A stretch of 64,000 nt of DNA, taken from an uncultured bacterium. GTDB taxonomy: Bacteria; Oederibacteriota; Oederibacteriia; Oederibacteriales; Oederibacteriaceae. Position 1 is the stretch's first letter. Each line of letters starts with the position of its first letter. Location of the stretch: positions 1,408,001-1,472,000 of the forward strand of contig OZ218778.1 of assembly GCA_965112635.1 (NCBI GenBank), in the 5' to 3' direction. The notes below the pieces were generated by a model, which ran no database searches, was not told the origin of the DNA, and was given only the letters and a program-made list of their open reading frames with translations. Of the stretch, positions 31,699-42,169 are shown piece after piece. A program made the position numbers and the translations under genes.

Positions 31699-31947
31699 TT
31701 CAGTAGTGTGCCGTAATGCGGTACACTACTGAATAATGAATGACGAAGAGGGATTTGAAGCCAATCCGAGTCAAAATCGCTTTTTGACACAATCGCATTG
31801 GAGCGGAAACGCATTATTATAAATTTCCAATGCTTTTGAGCGCTGCCTGTGGCAGATGAAGCGAGGATGGCCGGCTTCGGAGGAGCCTGCGAGAGCAGGC
31901 GGGAGAGAAGAAATCCCTCGCGGTATATGAGCTTTTCCTGAGGAGTT

Positions 31948-34260
31948 ATGAAAAGAGCGCTAGTCTTATTTGTTCTATTTTTTATCTTATGGCCTCGTTT
32001 TTCTTATACAGCAGAGCAAACCTATCTCTATGAAATCTCTGTTAGCCAACTAGAAAACCTTAATACCTCGCAATGGACCAATGCTGAGCCGATGGATAAT
32101 AAAAATGTTAGAAGGGTTTTGCCGAACACCAATGCCTGTTTTACTTTACCATCCTGGTGGGGAGACTCCGCGAGGCCCCAGGAAGGTGAAATGTATATGC
32201 TGGAAATTGATTTTCGTGATGACCTGTCCAGTCCGGCTGTTGTTTCTTCCTTTGGAAACTGTGAGAGGTCCTTTGGTATGAGTGAGCTGCACCGCATTGG
32301 CGGTGCGGGTGACAAAAAATGGAAGACCGGCTGCATCCCTGTGTCCTGGGATTATCTTTATGCCGGCGAAGGCAACCCAGCGGGTGATGGGAAGCAGCAG
32401 TTTGGCATCCAAGTCCAAGGTGGCGATCGCGCCCTTCCAATATCAGAAATACGTTTGAGAAAGGCGGTTCCAGGTGACCAGGAGCGTTATAACAGAGAAA
32501 CTAGGACCTGGGTCGAAAAAAAACAAGAGAGTTGTGACCCGTCAAAAATAAGTGATCCCCAGCCGGCCAGCCCTGAAATTCCGGAGGGATGGGGAGCCAA
32601 GGCCTGTATCCCATTCCTGGAAAGCTGCTTAAAGCCGATATATCCCACGGATGCTCCTGATAAGGATTCTGTGGGCAAGGCCCTGAAGATGCGCATGTCT
32701 TTAAACGAGCTAGAAAACGCCCAATTTGGAATCTATGCCCATGGCCGGGAATTAAAAGACGTATCGTTTACGGTTTCTTCCATGGTCAACAGCGCTGGTG
32801 AAACATTGACTGCGGAAGTCAATACTTACACTGTGGAGTACGCCCTAGAGGCGGGAGCGGACGGGAAAATCAGGACTACTCCCCAGAGATTATGGCCCAT
32901 GTTTGAAGCCACTATTCAGCCGGGACATTCCCAGGCATTTTGGATAGTCGTTGAGTCCAAGGAACAAACAACGATCCCCGGCACTTATCATGGGGAGATA
33001 GTTGTTGACGTCAAAGAACCAAAGATAACGGAGAGGATCCCTTTGGAAATTGTGGTCATGCCCATCAGGTTGTTGAGTATGAAGGAAGCAGGTTTGCATA
33101 TGGGAGCCAATGTCTATGGGTACGTGCCTTTTCATAGTATCTCCTATGCATTAAAAAATAATATCAACGGGGCTGACCTGTGGTACTTTTGCGCCCATCC
33201 GGTTCTTAATAAAATTGAGGGCAACCTGGAAATAGATTTCACTTTAATGAACGAATGGATGAAAGAAGCTAAACGCCGAGGCTGGGAAAAAATTGTTTAT
33301 TACCTGGGAGGCGACCCGGCTGGATTTCCCAATACGCTTTCTGCGGAACGGGATATTTATATGACCATGCATCAGGGGGAGGCAGATAGCCAGACCTTTA
33401 GAACCAAATTCGCCAAATTGGCCGGGGAACCAGGAGCTCGGGATAGGGTTTTAAAAGAGATCCGTGGGCAGTATGGGCGATGGCTACAAAAATTGATAGG
33501 GTCCGCTTGGATGCATGGCTGGCCCGAGCTGATTTTGACACCCTTGGACGAACCCGGCAAGTATGCCTTGCCGCCGCAAAAGGATAGGTCCCCAGATTGC
33601 ATAGGTTCCGGGCCGTGGATAAAAACACATTTTGAGGACACCTGTAAGTTGATACGCCAGCAGGCTCCGCGCACCCGCATCTATGTTTCCGTGCATGACC
33701 TCCACGCGCTCGCCTTTATTCCTGACGCGGATGTGATAGACGACGAGGTCATAGACCAGGACGCAGAGGCTCCGGATAAGGTCACGGAAGCAGGGGGGCA
33801 CAAGGAGTGCTGGTTGTTTGACGGAGGAGGGGTTGATGCCCGTTATGTTTATGGCTTTTACTTTGGGAGTTTTGCCTCAAAGGGTTCAGGCATGTGGGCC
33901 TATAATTGGGGAGACGATAAATTTGATCTGTCCAAGGGCGGTCAATGGTGCCTTTGCTGGGATACTCCTTTTGCGACCATTCCCACCCTGGGGTTGGAAA
34001 GCCTGCGTGAGGGATGGGATGACCGGCGCTATATGGAAACCCTGAGAAAAGCCGCTAAAGAGGTGGGAAAAGAACAGGAGGCCAATGATTTTCTAAAGAA
34101 AATATTTGAACAAGCGGTCATTATTCAGGACAAGGATGGTAAAGTTACAGCCAATGCTCCCCATAAACCACCCGAAAAATTAAAAGATCCGGCAACCCTG
34201 GATGCTTTTCGTTATCAGATTGCCGATAAAATCCTGGAATATTTGGAGCAGAAAAAGTAG
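31948..34260 (+). CDS. Secreted putative glycoside-hydrolase-like protein (DUF4091/GH123-like)
   Basis: Signal peptide; NELENAQF, PGTYHG, LDEP, ESLREGWDDRRYMETL patterns. Confidence 0.55.
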   Translation: MKRALVLFVLFFILWPRFSYTAEQTYLYEISVSQLENLNTSQWTNAEPMDNKNVRRVLPNTNACFTLPSWWGDSARPQEGEMYMLEIDFRDDLSSPAVVSSFGNCERSFGMSELHRIGGAGDKKWKTGCIPVSWDYLYAGEGNPAGDGKQQFGIQVQGGDRALPISEIRLRKAVPGDQERYNRETRTWVEKKQESCDPSKISDPQPASPEIPEGWGAKACIPFLESCLKPIYPTDAPDKDSVGKALKMRMSLNELENAQFGIYAHGRELKDVSFTVSSMVNSAGETLTAEVNTYTVEYALEAGADGKIRTTPQRLWPMFEATIQPGHSQAFWIVVESKEQTTIPGTYHGEIVVDVKEPKITERIPLEIVVMPIRLLSMKEAGLHMGANVYGYVPFHSISYALKNNINGADLWYFCAHPVLNKIEGNLEIDFTLMNEWMKEAKRRGWEKIVYYLGGDPAGFPNTLSAERDIYMTMHQGEADSQTFRTKFAKLAGEPGARDRVLKEIRGQYGRWLQKLIGSAWMHGWPELILTPLDEPGKYALPPQKDRSPDCIGSGPWIKTHFEDTCKLIRQQAPRTRIYVSVHDLHALAFIPDADVIDDEVIDQDAEAPDKVTEAGGHKECWLFDGGGVDARYVYGFYFGSFASKGSGMWAYNWGDDKFDLSKGGQWCLCWDTPFATIPTLGLESLREGWDDRRYMETLRKAAKEVGKEQEANDFLKKIFEQAVIIQDKDGKVTANAPHKPPEKLKDPATLDAFRYQIADKILEYLEQKK

Positions 34261-34327
34261 ATCAGTTTGATATTAACAAAACAATCGTTTTTGTTTTGTT
34301 AGAGAAGTGATATAAAGTTAGTTCCGT

Positions 34328-34415
<88 letters not shown>

Positions 34416-34526
34416 CGTCCGCCACCAGAGGTGGCGAGACGGCGAGACCTCGCCCTTCGCCGAAGGCGAAGAGGCGGGTCCGCCTAATAAATGGCGAGAT
34501 AGCGGGATCCGCCTGCAAGGAAGTCT

Positions 34527-34787
34527 ATGTATCACGTTTATATCCTCCTCAATGAAGCAAAGACTCGGACCTATACTGGAGTTGCCAATGATGTTGAAAA
34601 ACGTTTGAAAGAGCATAATGAAGGTAAGGTGATCTCTTCGCGCCCCTATCGTCCCTATGAAGTGGTCTATACCGAATCCTTTAAAACATTGGGCGAAGCG
34701 AGACAGCGAGAAAAGTTCTATAAATCGACAACCGGGCGAAGAAAAATAAAGTCAATGCTGTTCGGTCCGTCCTTGACCAGGGGATGA
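34527..34787 (+). CDS. Small GIY-YIG nuclease
   Basis: VYIL...YTG...RLKEHN...ARQREKFYKS. Confidence 0.9.
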   Translation: MYHVYILLNEAKTRTYTGVANDVEKRLKEHNEGKVISSRPYRPYEVVYTESFKTLGEARQREKFYKSTTGRRKIKSMLFGPSLTRG

Positions 34788-34801
34788 AAGGAGAACCTTC
34801 C

Positions 34802-36103
34802 ATGATAGCAAAATATTTTAATTTTGCCGCGCTGAAGACCAATTTCAGGACCGAGGTGCTGGCCGGGCTTACCACCTTCATGACCATGTCCTACATTATC
34901 TTCGTGAACCCCAGCATCCTGAGCCAGGGAGGCATGCCGGCCGCGGCAGTCATGGCCGCCACTTGCGTAGCCAGCGCTGTTCCGACCTTGCTGATGGGGC
35001 TTTGGGCCAAGTATCCCCTGGCTTTGGCACCAGGCATGGGCCTTAATGCCTTCGTGGCTTTTTCCATTATCAAAGGCAAGGGGCTATCCTGGGAAACAGC
35101 CATGGCCATGATCTTCATCGAAGGGGTGGTCATCACCATCCTTGTCCTGACCCAGTTCAGACAGCAGGTCATGGACGCCATTCCCATGTCCTTGAAAAGG
35201 GCTATTGGCGCGGGTATCGGGCTTTTTCTGGCGTTCCTTGGATTAACTCAGGCGGGTTTTGTGGCGTCTGACCCGTCCACCTATTTGACCCTGGGCAAGT
35301 TTGGGAATGTAGAGACCAGCCTGGCTTTAGTTGGCCTAATCATCACGGTTGTTCTGGTAGTCCGCCGGGTGCAAGGGGCATTGCTCCTGGGCATCCTGGC
35401 CACCACCGTGTTTTCCATGATGACGGGTCATAGCCACATGCCTGACGCCATTTTTAGCTGGCCTTCTTTTGAGACTACCGGAGGGTTTGTCCGAGGCTTA
35501 GGTACTGCCCTGCAGCTGTCCCTGGTACCTTTGATTCTCACCATGATGCTGTCAGACTTTTTTGACACCATGGGCACGGTCATTGCCGTGGGAGAAGAGG
35601 GTGGTTTTCTGGATAAAACAGGGAACATCCCCAGACTGAACCGTATTTTGATCGTGGATTCAGTGGCGGCCTTTTTCGGCGGGGCCATGGGTTGTTCCTC
35701 TTCCACTACCTATATAGAAAGCGCCTCAGGCGTGGCCGCGGGAGGGCGCAGCGGTTTCGCTTCGGTGGTGACCGGGCTGTTATTCCTGGTCTGCCTGTTC
35801 TTCTCGCCTTTGGCTGGCCTGGTGCCCAAAGAAGCCACGGCTCCGGCCCTGATCCTGGTCGGGTTTTTCATGATGAGCGTCATCATGGATATTGAATGGA
35901 AAAAGGCAGAAGAGGCCTTGCCGGCTTTTTTGACGCTCCTGATGATTCCGTTGACCTTCAACATCTCGGACGGAATCGGCTGGGGCATTATTTCCTATGT
36001 GCTGGTGCAGATCGTTATGGGCAAAGGAAAAAAACTCAGTTTAGCCGTACTTTTGATCGCACTGGTCTTTGCCTTCAGCTTTTCTCCCTGGGCAGGCAGG
36101 TAG
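34802..36103 (+). CDS. NCS2/AzgA-family purine permease
   Basis: EVLAGLTTFMTMSYIIFVNP, APGMGLNAF, YIESASG. Confidence 0.93.
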   Translation: MIAKYFNFAALKTNFRTEVLAGLTTFMTMSYIIFVNPSILSQGGMPAAAVMAATCVASAVPTLLMGLWAKYPLALAPGMGLNAFVAFSIIKGKGLSWETAMAMIFIEGVVITILVLTQFRQQVMDAIPMSLKRAIGAGIGLFLAFLGLTQAGFVASDPSTYLTLGKFGNVETSLALVGLIITVVLVVRRVQGALLLGILATTVFSMMTGHSHMPDAIFSWPSFETTGGFVRGLGTALQLSLVPLILTMMLSDFFDTMGTVIAVGEEGGFLDKTGNIPRLNRILIVDSVAAFFGGAMGCSSSTTYIESASGVAAGGRSGFASVVTGLLFLVCLFFSPLAGLVPKEATAPALILVGFFMMSVIMDIEWKKAEEALPAFLTLLMIPLTFNISDGIGWGIISYVLVQIVMGKGKKLSLAVLLIALVFAFSFSPWAGR

Positions 36104-36277
36104 TATATTTCTACAAGCTCACATTCCTGGTACGAAGTCAGGTCAAACCTCCGAAAATATAGCATTGACAGGGGCGCAAAACAGTTCCAAAATACTAGCT
36201 TTCCATCCTAACCCTGGTCCAGATAAAGATAAAAACAACGGCATTATAAAGGGTTAATTCTAATAGGGAGGTTTGTT

Positions 36278-38977
36278 ATGGCAAAAAAGGCAGTATCAGG
36301 CGCAAAATCCAAGAAATTCGTATATTTCTTCGGAGCAGGCAAGGCCGAAGGGGCCGGGCTTCCCAAGGATATCCTGGGAGGCAAAGGCCAGGGCCTGGCT
36401 GAAATGGTCAAAATAGGCCTGCCGGTACCGGCTGGATTCACCATCTCCATCGATGCCTGCGCCCAGTACTATGACCAGGGCAAAAAACTGCCCGCGGGCC
36501 TGGAGGCTGAGGTCAAGGAACATATCGCCAGACTGGAAAAGGTCACCGGGAAAAAGCTCGGAGATTCCAAGGACCCTTTGCTGGTCTCAGTGCGCTCCGG
36601 CGCGGCCCGCTCTATGCCGGGTATGATGGAAACCATCCTAAACCTGGGGCTCAATGATATTTCAGTCGAGGGTCTGGCCAAGGAAACAGGCAACCCCCGG
36701 TTCGCCTATGACGCTTACCGCAGGTTCATCCAGATGTATTCCACCACGGCCATGGGCCTTTCCAAGGAACCCATGGAAGAGATGCTCCACGACCTCAAAA
36801 AGAAGCTGGGCGTAAAGACCGACCCGGAAATACCCGCCGAAGAGCTCATCAGTCTGTGCATCAAATTCAAAGAGTTCTATAAGAAGAACATGAACGGCAA
36901 GCCGTTCCCCCAGGACGTGACCGAGCAGCTCTGGGGCGCGGTCAAGGCCGTGTTCGGCTCCTGGATGGCGGACAAAGCAGTGACCTATCGCCGGGTGGAA
37001 AAGATCACCGACCTCAAGGGCACCGCGGTCAACATCGTGCAGATGGTGTTCGGCAACAAGGGCGAAGGTTCGGGGACCGGCGTGTGCTTTACCCGCGACC
37101 CCAACTCCGGGGAGAACGAGTTTTACGGCGACTATCTCATCAACGCCCAGGGCGAAGACGTGGTGGCCGGCATCCGGACGCCGCTCAAGCTCTCCACTCT
37201 GGACAAGCAGATGCCCAAGGTTTACCAACAGTTGTGCGAGGTGCGGTCGACCCTGGAGAAACATTACAAAGAAATGCAGGACCTGGAGTTCACCATCGAG
37301 GACGGCAAGCTCTATATGCTGCAGTGCCGGACCGGCAAGCGTTCGCCTGTGGCCACCTTCCGCATCGCCTGCGACATGGTCAACGAAAAGCTGATCACCA
37401 AAGAACAGGCTATCGGCCGCATCCAGCCCGAAGATATCGAACGGCTCTTTTATCCCGTCATTGACCCCGGTATTGACCGCAAAAAACTGGCGGAAGCCCG
37501 CTTGGCGACCGGTATCAACGCGGTCCCCGGCGCCGCGGCCGGAGTGGTCGTTTTCACGGCGCAGGAGGCCGAAGCCGAGGCCGATAAAGGCCTCAAAGTC
37601 ATCCTGGTGCGCCGGGAGACCAGCCCCGAGGACGTCGGCGGCATGCACGCCGCGCAGGGTATTTTGACCGCCACGGGCGGCAAAACCAGCCACGCGGCCG
37701 TGGTCGCGCGCGGATGGGGCAAATGCTGCATCGTCGGGTGCGAAAAGATCAATGTTGATGAGAAGGCCAAATGTTTCACGGTGGGAAGCAAAAAGGTCAA
37801 GGAAGGGGACTGGGTGACCCTGGACGGCTCCACCGGTGATGTCTATGCCGGCCAGATGTCCCTCAAAAAGCCCGAGCTTTCCCAGGCCTATACGACCCTG
37901 ATGTCCTGGTGCGACGAGATCCGCCGTCTCAAGGTCCGCACCAACGCCGACACCCCCTATGACGCTGAGAACGCCATCAAGATGGGCGCCGAGGGTATCG
38001 GGCTGTGCCGGACCGAGCATATGTTCTTTGATACCGAGGAACGCCGCCTGGCCATCCAGGAGATGATCGTGGCGGAGAATTTGGAAACGCGCAAAAAGGC
38101 GCTGGCCAAACTGCTGCCTTTCCAACGCGCCGATTTCGAGGGCATTTTCACGGCCATGGACGGCAAGGGCGTGACCATCCGCCTCATTGACCCGCCTTTG
38201 CACGAATTCACCCCCAAGGACCAAGAGGGGATGGAAAAACTTTCCAAGATCACCGGGCTTTCCGTAGAACATATCCGGCACCGCTGCGAACAGCTCCATG
38301 AGTCCAACCCCATGCTGGGGCACCGCGGCTGCCGCCTCTGCATCACCTATCCTGAGATATTGGACATGCAGGTGACCGCCATCATCACGGCGGCCATCAA
38401 CTGTTCCAAAAAAGGGATCAAAGTATTCCCCGAGATCATGATCCCGCTGGTCATCGACCCCAAGGAATTGAAAATTCTCGAAGTCCAGACCCGCCAGGTC
38501 GCCGACGCGCTGATCGCCCAGAGCGGGATCAAGCTCCCCTACATGGTCGGGACCATGATCGAGATACCCCGGGCGGCTTTGCTGGCGGACAAGATCGCCG
38601 AGGTAGCCGAGTTCTTCAGTTTCGGGACCAACGACCTCACCCAGATGACCATGGGGCTTTCCCGCGATGACGCGGGACGGTTCCTGCCGGTCTATGTGGC
38701 CTCGGAAAAGGACGGCGGTAAGGCCATTTTCAGCGACGACCCGTTCCAGTCCCTGGACCAGAGCGGTGTCGGCCAGCTGGTGGAGATGGGCATCAAAAAA
38801 GGCCGTTCCACCCGCAAGCACCTCAAGGTCGGTATCTGCGGTGAACACGGAGGAGAGGCCAAGAGCGTGAAATTCTGCCACAAGGTGGGGATGGATTATG
38901 TTTCCTGCTCGCCCTACCGCGTGCCCATCGCCCGGTTGGCGGCAGCCCAGGCGGTCATTGAGGAAAAATCCAAGTAA
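36278..38977 (+). CDS. ppdK: Pyruvate, phosphate dikinase
   Basis: LGGKG, SVRSGA, GGKTSHAAVVARG, GICGEHGG. Confidence 0.97.
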   Translation: MAKKAVSGAKSKKFVYFFGAGKAEGAGLPKDILGGKGQGLAEMVKIGLPVPAGFTISIDACAQYYDQGKKLPAGLEAEVKEHIARLEKVTGKKLGDSKDPLLVSVRSGAARSMPGMMETILNLGLNDISVEGLAKETGNPRFAYDAYRRFIQMYSTTAMGLSKEPMEEMLHDLKKKLGVKTDPEIPAEELISLCIKFKEFYKKNMNGKPFPQDVTEQLWGAVKAVFGSWMADKAVTYRRVEKITDLKGTAVNIVQMVFGNKGEGSGTGVCFTRDPNSGENEFYGDYLINAQGEDVVAGIRTPLKLSTLDKQMPKVYQQLCEVRSTLEKHYKEMQDLEFTIEDGKLYMLQCRTGKRSPVATFRIACDMVNEKLITKEQAIGRIQPEDIERLFYPVIDPGIDRKKLAEARLATGINAVPGAAAGVVVFTAQEAEAEADKGLKVILVRRETSPEDVGGMHAAQGILTATGGKTSHAAVVARGWGKCCIVGCEKINVDEKAKCFTVGSKKVKEGDWVTLDGSTGDVYAGQMSLKKPELSQAYTTLMSWCDEIRRLKVRTNADTPYDAENAIKMGAEGIGLCRTEHMFFDTEERRLAIQEMIVAENLETRKKALAKLLPFQRADFEGIFTAMDGKGVTIRLIDPPLHEFTPKDQEGMEKLSKITGLSVEHIRHRCEQLHESNPMLGHRGCRLCITYPEILDMQVTAIITAAINCSKKGIKVFPEIMIPLVIDPKELKILEVQTRQVADALIAQSGIKLPYMVGTMIEIPRAALLADKIAEVAEFFSFGTNDLTQMTMGLSRDDAGRFLPVYVASEKDGGKAIFSDDPFQSLDQSGVGQLVEMGIKKGRSTRKHLKVGICGEHGGEAKSVKFCHKVGMDYVSCSPYRVPIARLAAAQAVIEEKSK

Positions 38978-38995
38978 CGGCAAAGAAATAAAATG

Positions 38996-39030
38996 AAAAG
39001 GGGCGGTCTGAAGAGATCGCCCTTTTTTTT
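38996..39030 (+). terminator. Rho-independent terminator
   Basis: GGGCGGTCT-GA-AGAGATCGCCC stem-loop followed by T8. Confidence 0.75.
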
Positions 39031-39076
39031 GGCCACCGCTAGAAAATTCGCGAGTGGAAAAACAGAGGAGGAATAA

Positions 39077-40213
39077 ATGAGCAAAGTTGTTTTGATCGCC
39101 TGCGATTCCTATGATAAAGAAAAGGTCTATGCTGCCGTCCAAAAAGGCCTCAACCTGCTGGGCGGGTCAGGCCAATTCGCCAAAGCAGGGGAGAAAATAC
39201 TTTTTAAGGTCAACCTGCTGGTGGGTGATAACCCGGACAAGTGCGTGACCACGCACCCAGAGGTCCTTAAAGCCGTGGCTAAAGCGTTCAAGGAGACCGG
39301 AGCGAAGCTCGGTTATGGCGACGGGCCGGCCATGGGCAGCACGGCCAGCGCCAGCCAGAAATCAGGCCTGACCAAGCCGGCCCAGGAGACCGGGGTGGAG
39401 CTGAAAGAATTCCAGCCGGGCCAGGAGGTCGTTTTTAAAGAAGGGAAGCAGAACAAAAAGTTTTTCCTGGCCAAGGCGGTGTTGGACAGCGACGGGGTCA
39501 TCAGCCTGCCTAAAATGAAGACGCATGGATTAGAAAAGATAACCGGAGCGGTCAAGAACCAGTTCGGCTGTATCCCCAGCATTCGGAAGGCTGAGTTCCA
39601 TGTGCGCCTCCCCAACTCCGTGGATTTCGCCAAGATGCTGGTGGACCTTACCCAGTGCGTGCGTCCCAGGCTCTATATCATGGACGGCATTATGGCCATG
39701 GAGGGCAACGGGCCCAGGAGCGGCACGCCCCGCAAGATGGGAGTCCTCCTGTTCTCCACTGACCCTATTGCTCTGGATGCCACTTTCTGCCGGATGATTG
39801 CTCTTGACCCTTTGCTGGTGCCTACCATCAGATTCGGCCAGGAATTTGGAGCCGGGACTTATGAGGAAGGAAAGATAGAGCTTTTGGGTGACCCGCTGTC
39901 CCGCTTTATCACCCCGGATTTCAACGTGGACCGCAAACCGCTCAAACCCTTTAAGCCCAGCGGTATGCTGAGGTTCCTATCCAACCGGCTTGTCCCCAGG
40001 CCAGTCATCGACCCGGCTAAGTGCATCAAGTGCGGGATATGCGTCCAGGTGTGCCCGGTCCCGGCTAAGGCCGTGAACTGGGGGCCGGAAGGCAAGTCCC
40101 AGCCGCCTGTCCATAATTACAAGATCTGCATCAGGTGCTACTGCTGTCAGGAACTCTGCCCGGAAAAGGCCATAGACCTGCAAAAGCCGTTGTTAAGGCG
40201 GCTATTCAGTTGA
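39077..40213 (+). CDS. DUF362 protein with C-terminal 4Fe-4S ferredoxin domain
   Basis: TTHPEV, SLPKMKTH, AVKNQFG, MEGNGP; two CxxCxxCxxxCP. Confidence 0.9.
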   Translation: MSKVVLIACDSYDKEKVYAAVQKGLNLLGGSGQFAKAGEKILFKVNLLVGDNPDKCVTTHPEVLKAVAKAFKETGAKLGYGDGPAMGSTASASQKSGLTKPAQETGVELKEFQPGQEVVFKEGKQNKKFFLAKAVLDSDGVISLPKMKTHGLEKITGAVKNQFGCIPSIRKAEFHVRLPNSVDFAKMLVDLTQCVRPRLYIMDGIMAMEGNGPRSGTPRKMGVLLFSTDPIALDATFCRMIALDPLLVPTIRFGQEFGAGTYEEGKIELLGDPLSRFITPDFNVDRKPLKPFKPSGMLRFLSNRLVPRPVIDPAKCIKCGICVQVCPVPAKAVNWGPEGKSQPPVHNYKICIRCYCCQELCPEKAIDLQKPLLRRLFS

Positions 40214-40291
40214 ACTACCACTTAAAGGTGTCATTTCGGCGGTCTGACGGGTAAAATCCAGTTATCTATTACATTTTTATGGGAGGATAAC

Positions 40292-40906
40292 ATGGCAGAT
40301 AAGAAAAAACTCACCACCCAAAGCGGCGCGCCTGTACCTGACAACCAGAACATCATGACCGCCGGTCCGCATGGTCCGGCGCTGTTGCAGGACGTCTGGT
40401 TCCAGGAGAAGCTGGCTCATTTCGACCGCGAGGTGATCCCGGAACGGCGTATGCATGCCAAGGGATCGGGCGCCTATGGCACCTTCACGGTCACTCACGA
40501 CATTACCAAGTACACCAAGGCCAAGATATTTTCCAGCGTCGGCAAGAAGACAGACATGTTCGCGCGATTCTCCACCGTGGCCGGAGAACGCGGCGCGGCT
40601 GACGCGGAAAGGGATATCCGCGGTTTTGCCATGAAGTTCTACACTGAGGAGGGAAACTGGGACCTGGTCGGGAATAACACGCCCGTGTTCTTCCTGCGGG
40701 ACCCGCTCAAGTTCCCGGACCTCAACCACGCGGTCAAGCGCGATCCCCGCACCAACCTGCGCAGCGCGAAGAACAACTGGGATTTTTGGACCTCGCTTCC
40801 CGAGGCCCTGCACCAGATCACCATCACCATGAGCGAACGGGGGATCCCTTATTCCTACCGCCACAAAAATTGGGGTCGTATCTTGACATTTGACATGCAA
40901 AATTGA
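40292..40906 (+). pseudogene. katA: 3'-truncated monofunctional heme catalase
   Basis: [26 protein letters not shown]; similarity stops after IPYSYRH (about 190 aa) at a GGGGTC repeat. Confidence 0.88.
40872..40895 (+). repeat. GGGGTC..TCTTG repeat (relatives at 43438-43460 and 43561-43583 inverted, and split at 44524/45881/47438)
   Basis: GGGGTCGTATCTTGACATTTGACA versus revcomp GGGGTCGAGTCTTGTTTCTTGCA. Confidence 0.75.
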
Positions 40907-40960
40907 GCCCCGCCCCCCCGACCTCTTTCCGCAATTTTTCCACTCTGCATTTAGTCTCCG

Positions 40961-40980
40961 CAATCCTGTAAAAAATCGCA
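40961..40980 (+). repeat. CAATCCTGTAAAAAATCGCA repeat (also 41957-41976, 48145-48164)
   Basis: Three exact 20-bp copies; copies 2 and 3 extend to TTAGATTTGTGTTATAC. Confidence 0.85.
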
Positions 40981-41169
40981 CTTTTTTTTAATCTGCTGGT
41001 AGAATTCCAGCAGGTAAAATTAGTTTTGGAAAAGGGAATGCCATTTTTATAAGGTTGACAGTGTCCAATAAAATGGTAAGATTTTTATAGATTATGAATA
41101 TATCACCCCTGTTGCTTCGGCACAGGGCGCGAAGCCGCCGCAAGGCGGCTTCTGCTTTTAGGGGGCAGT

Positions 41170-41793
41170 TTGAGGACAAATGTCTATATTGACGGATTTA
41201 ACCTTTATTTTGGCGCAGTAAAAAGTACCCCCTATAAGTGGCTTGACTTAAATAAATTCTGCAAATTATTGCTTCCCCAAAATGAGATTTATCAGATCAA
41301 ATATTTTACGGCGTTGGTGAGGCCGCGTCCCCAAGACCCCCTGCAACCTCTCAGACAGCAGATATATTTAAGAGCGTTAAAAACTATCCCTAATTTGTCC
41401 ATTATCCTGGGGCATTTTTTGACCCATGAAGTTATGATGCCTCTAGCTGAGACCGTTGACGGCAAAACCAAATATGTCAAAGTTATTAAGACCGAAGAAA
41501 AAGGTTCAGATGTAAATTTGGCTGCTCATTTACTGAATGACGCCTATAAAAATGATTTTGAAATAGCAGCCATTGTGTCTAATGATTCAGATTTACTTGA
41601 ACCTATCAGAATCGTCCGTAGTCAGCTCAATAAAGGTGTTGGTATTATCAATCCACATGCGAAACCCAGCCGTGAGCTTTTGAAAAACGCTCTTTTTTAT
41701 AAAAAGGTTAGACGTGGTTTATTAGCCGCTAGTCAATTTCCGCCAATCATGAGCGATGCAAACGGTTCCTTTCATAAACCTGAAACCTGGTAA
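41170..41793 (+). CDS. NYN-domain (LabA/DUF88, PIN-like) protein
   Basis: VYIDGFNLY, EEKGSDVNLA, VSNDSDL. Confidence 0.9.
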   Translation: MRTNVYIDGFNLYFGAVKSTPYKWLDLNKFCKLLLPQNEIYQIKYFTALVRPRPQDPLQPLRQQIYLRALKTIPNLSIILGHFLTHEVMMPLAETVDGKTKYVKVIKTEEKGSDVNLAAHLLNDAYKNDFEIAAIVSNDSDLLEPIRIVRSQLNKGVGIINPHAKPSRELLKNALFYKKVRRGLLAASQFPPIMSDANGSFHKPETW

Positions 41794-41834
41794 CCTAGGA
41801 GCGAGGAGACAGGTCTGGGAAGTTAAACTCAAAG

Positions 41835-41919
41835 CCGTCTCCCCCAGGCTTAACAAACCATTTTCCCCACCGGGGCACAATCTCATAAGGATTTAAGGAG
41901 TGTGCCCGTTGATTTGCCA
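41835..41919 (+). repeat. 85-bp direct repeat (second copy 47454-47539)
   Basis: Identical except one C; internal GGGCACA/TGTGCCC stem. Confidence 0.9.
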
Positions 41920-42169
41920 TTCAGGTTATTCAACCCCATTCAGGTCGTTCAACCCGCAATCCTGTAAAAAATCGCATTTTCCTTAGATTTGTGTTATACG
42001 AATGGGTCCCCCACGGGCACAGCGGAGGTTTTCCGCTGTGCCTTTTTTGTTAGCAGGGAAAGGTTTGACAGAGGGGCTAGGGGGGATAAAATCAAGGTAT
42101 TGTTTTAGATAGGCAGACGAGGCAAAAGGAATTAAGAATTATTTTTGATATCAATGTGGAGGATAAATA

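Noticed and set aside
36662-39142. 826-aa minus-strand ORF
   Set aside because: Antisense shadow of GC3-rich ppdK; no recognisable motifs
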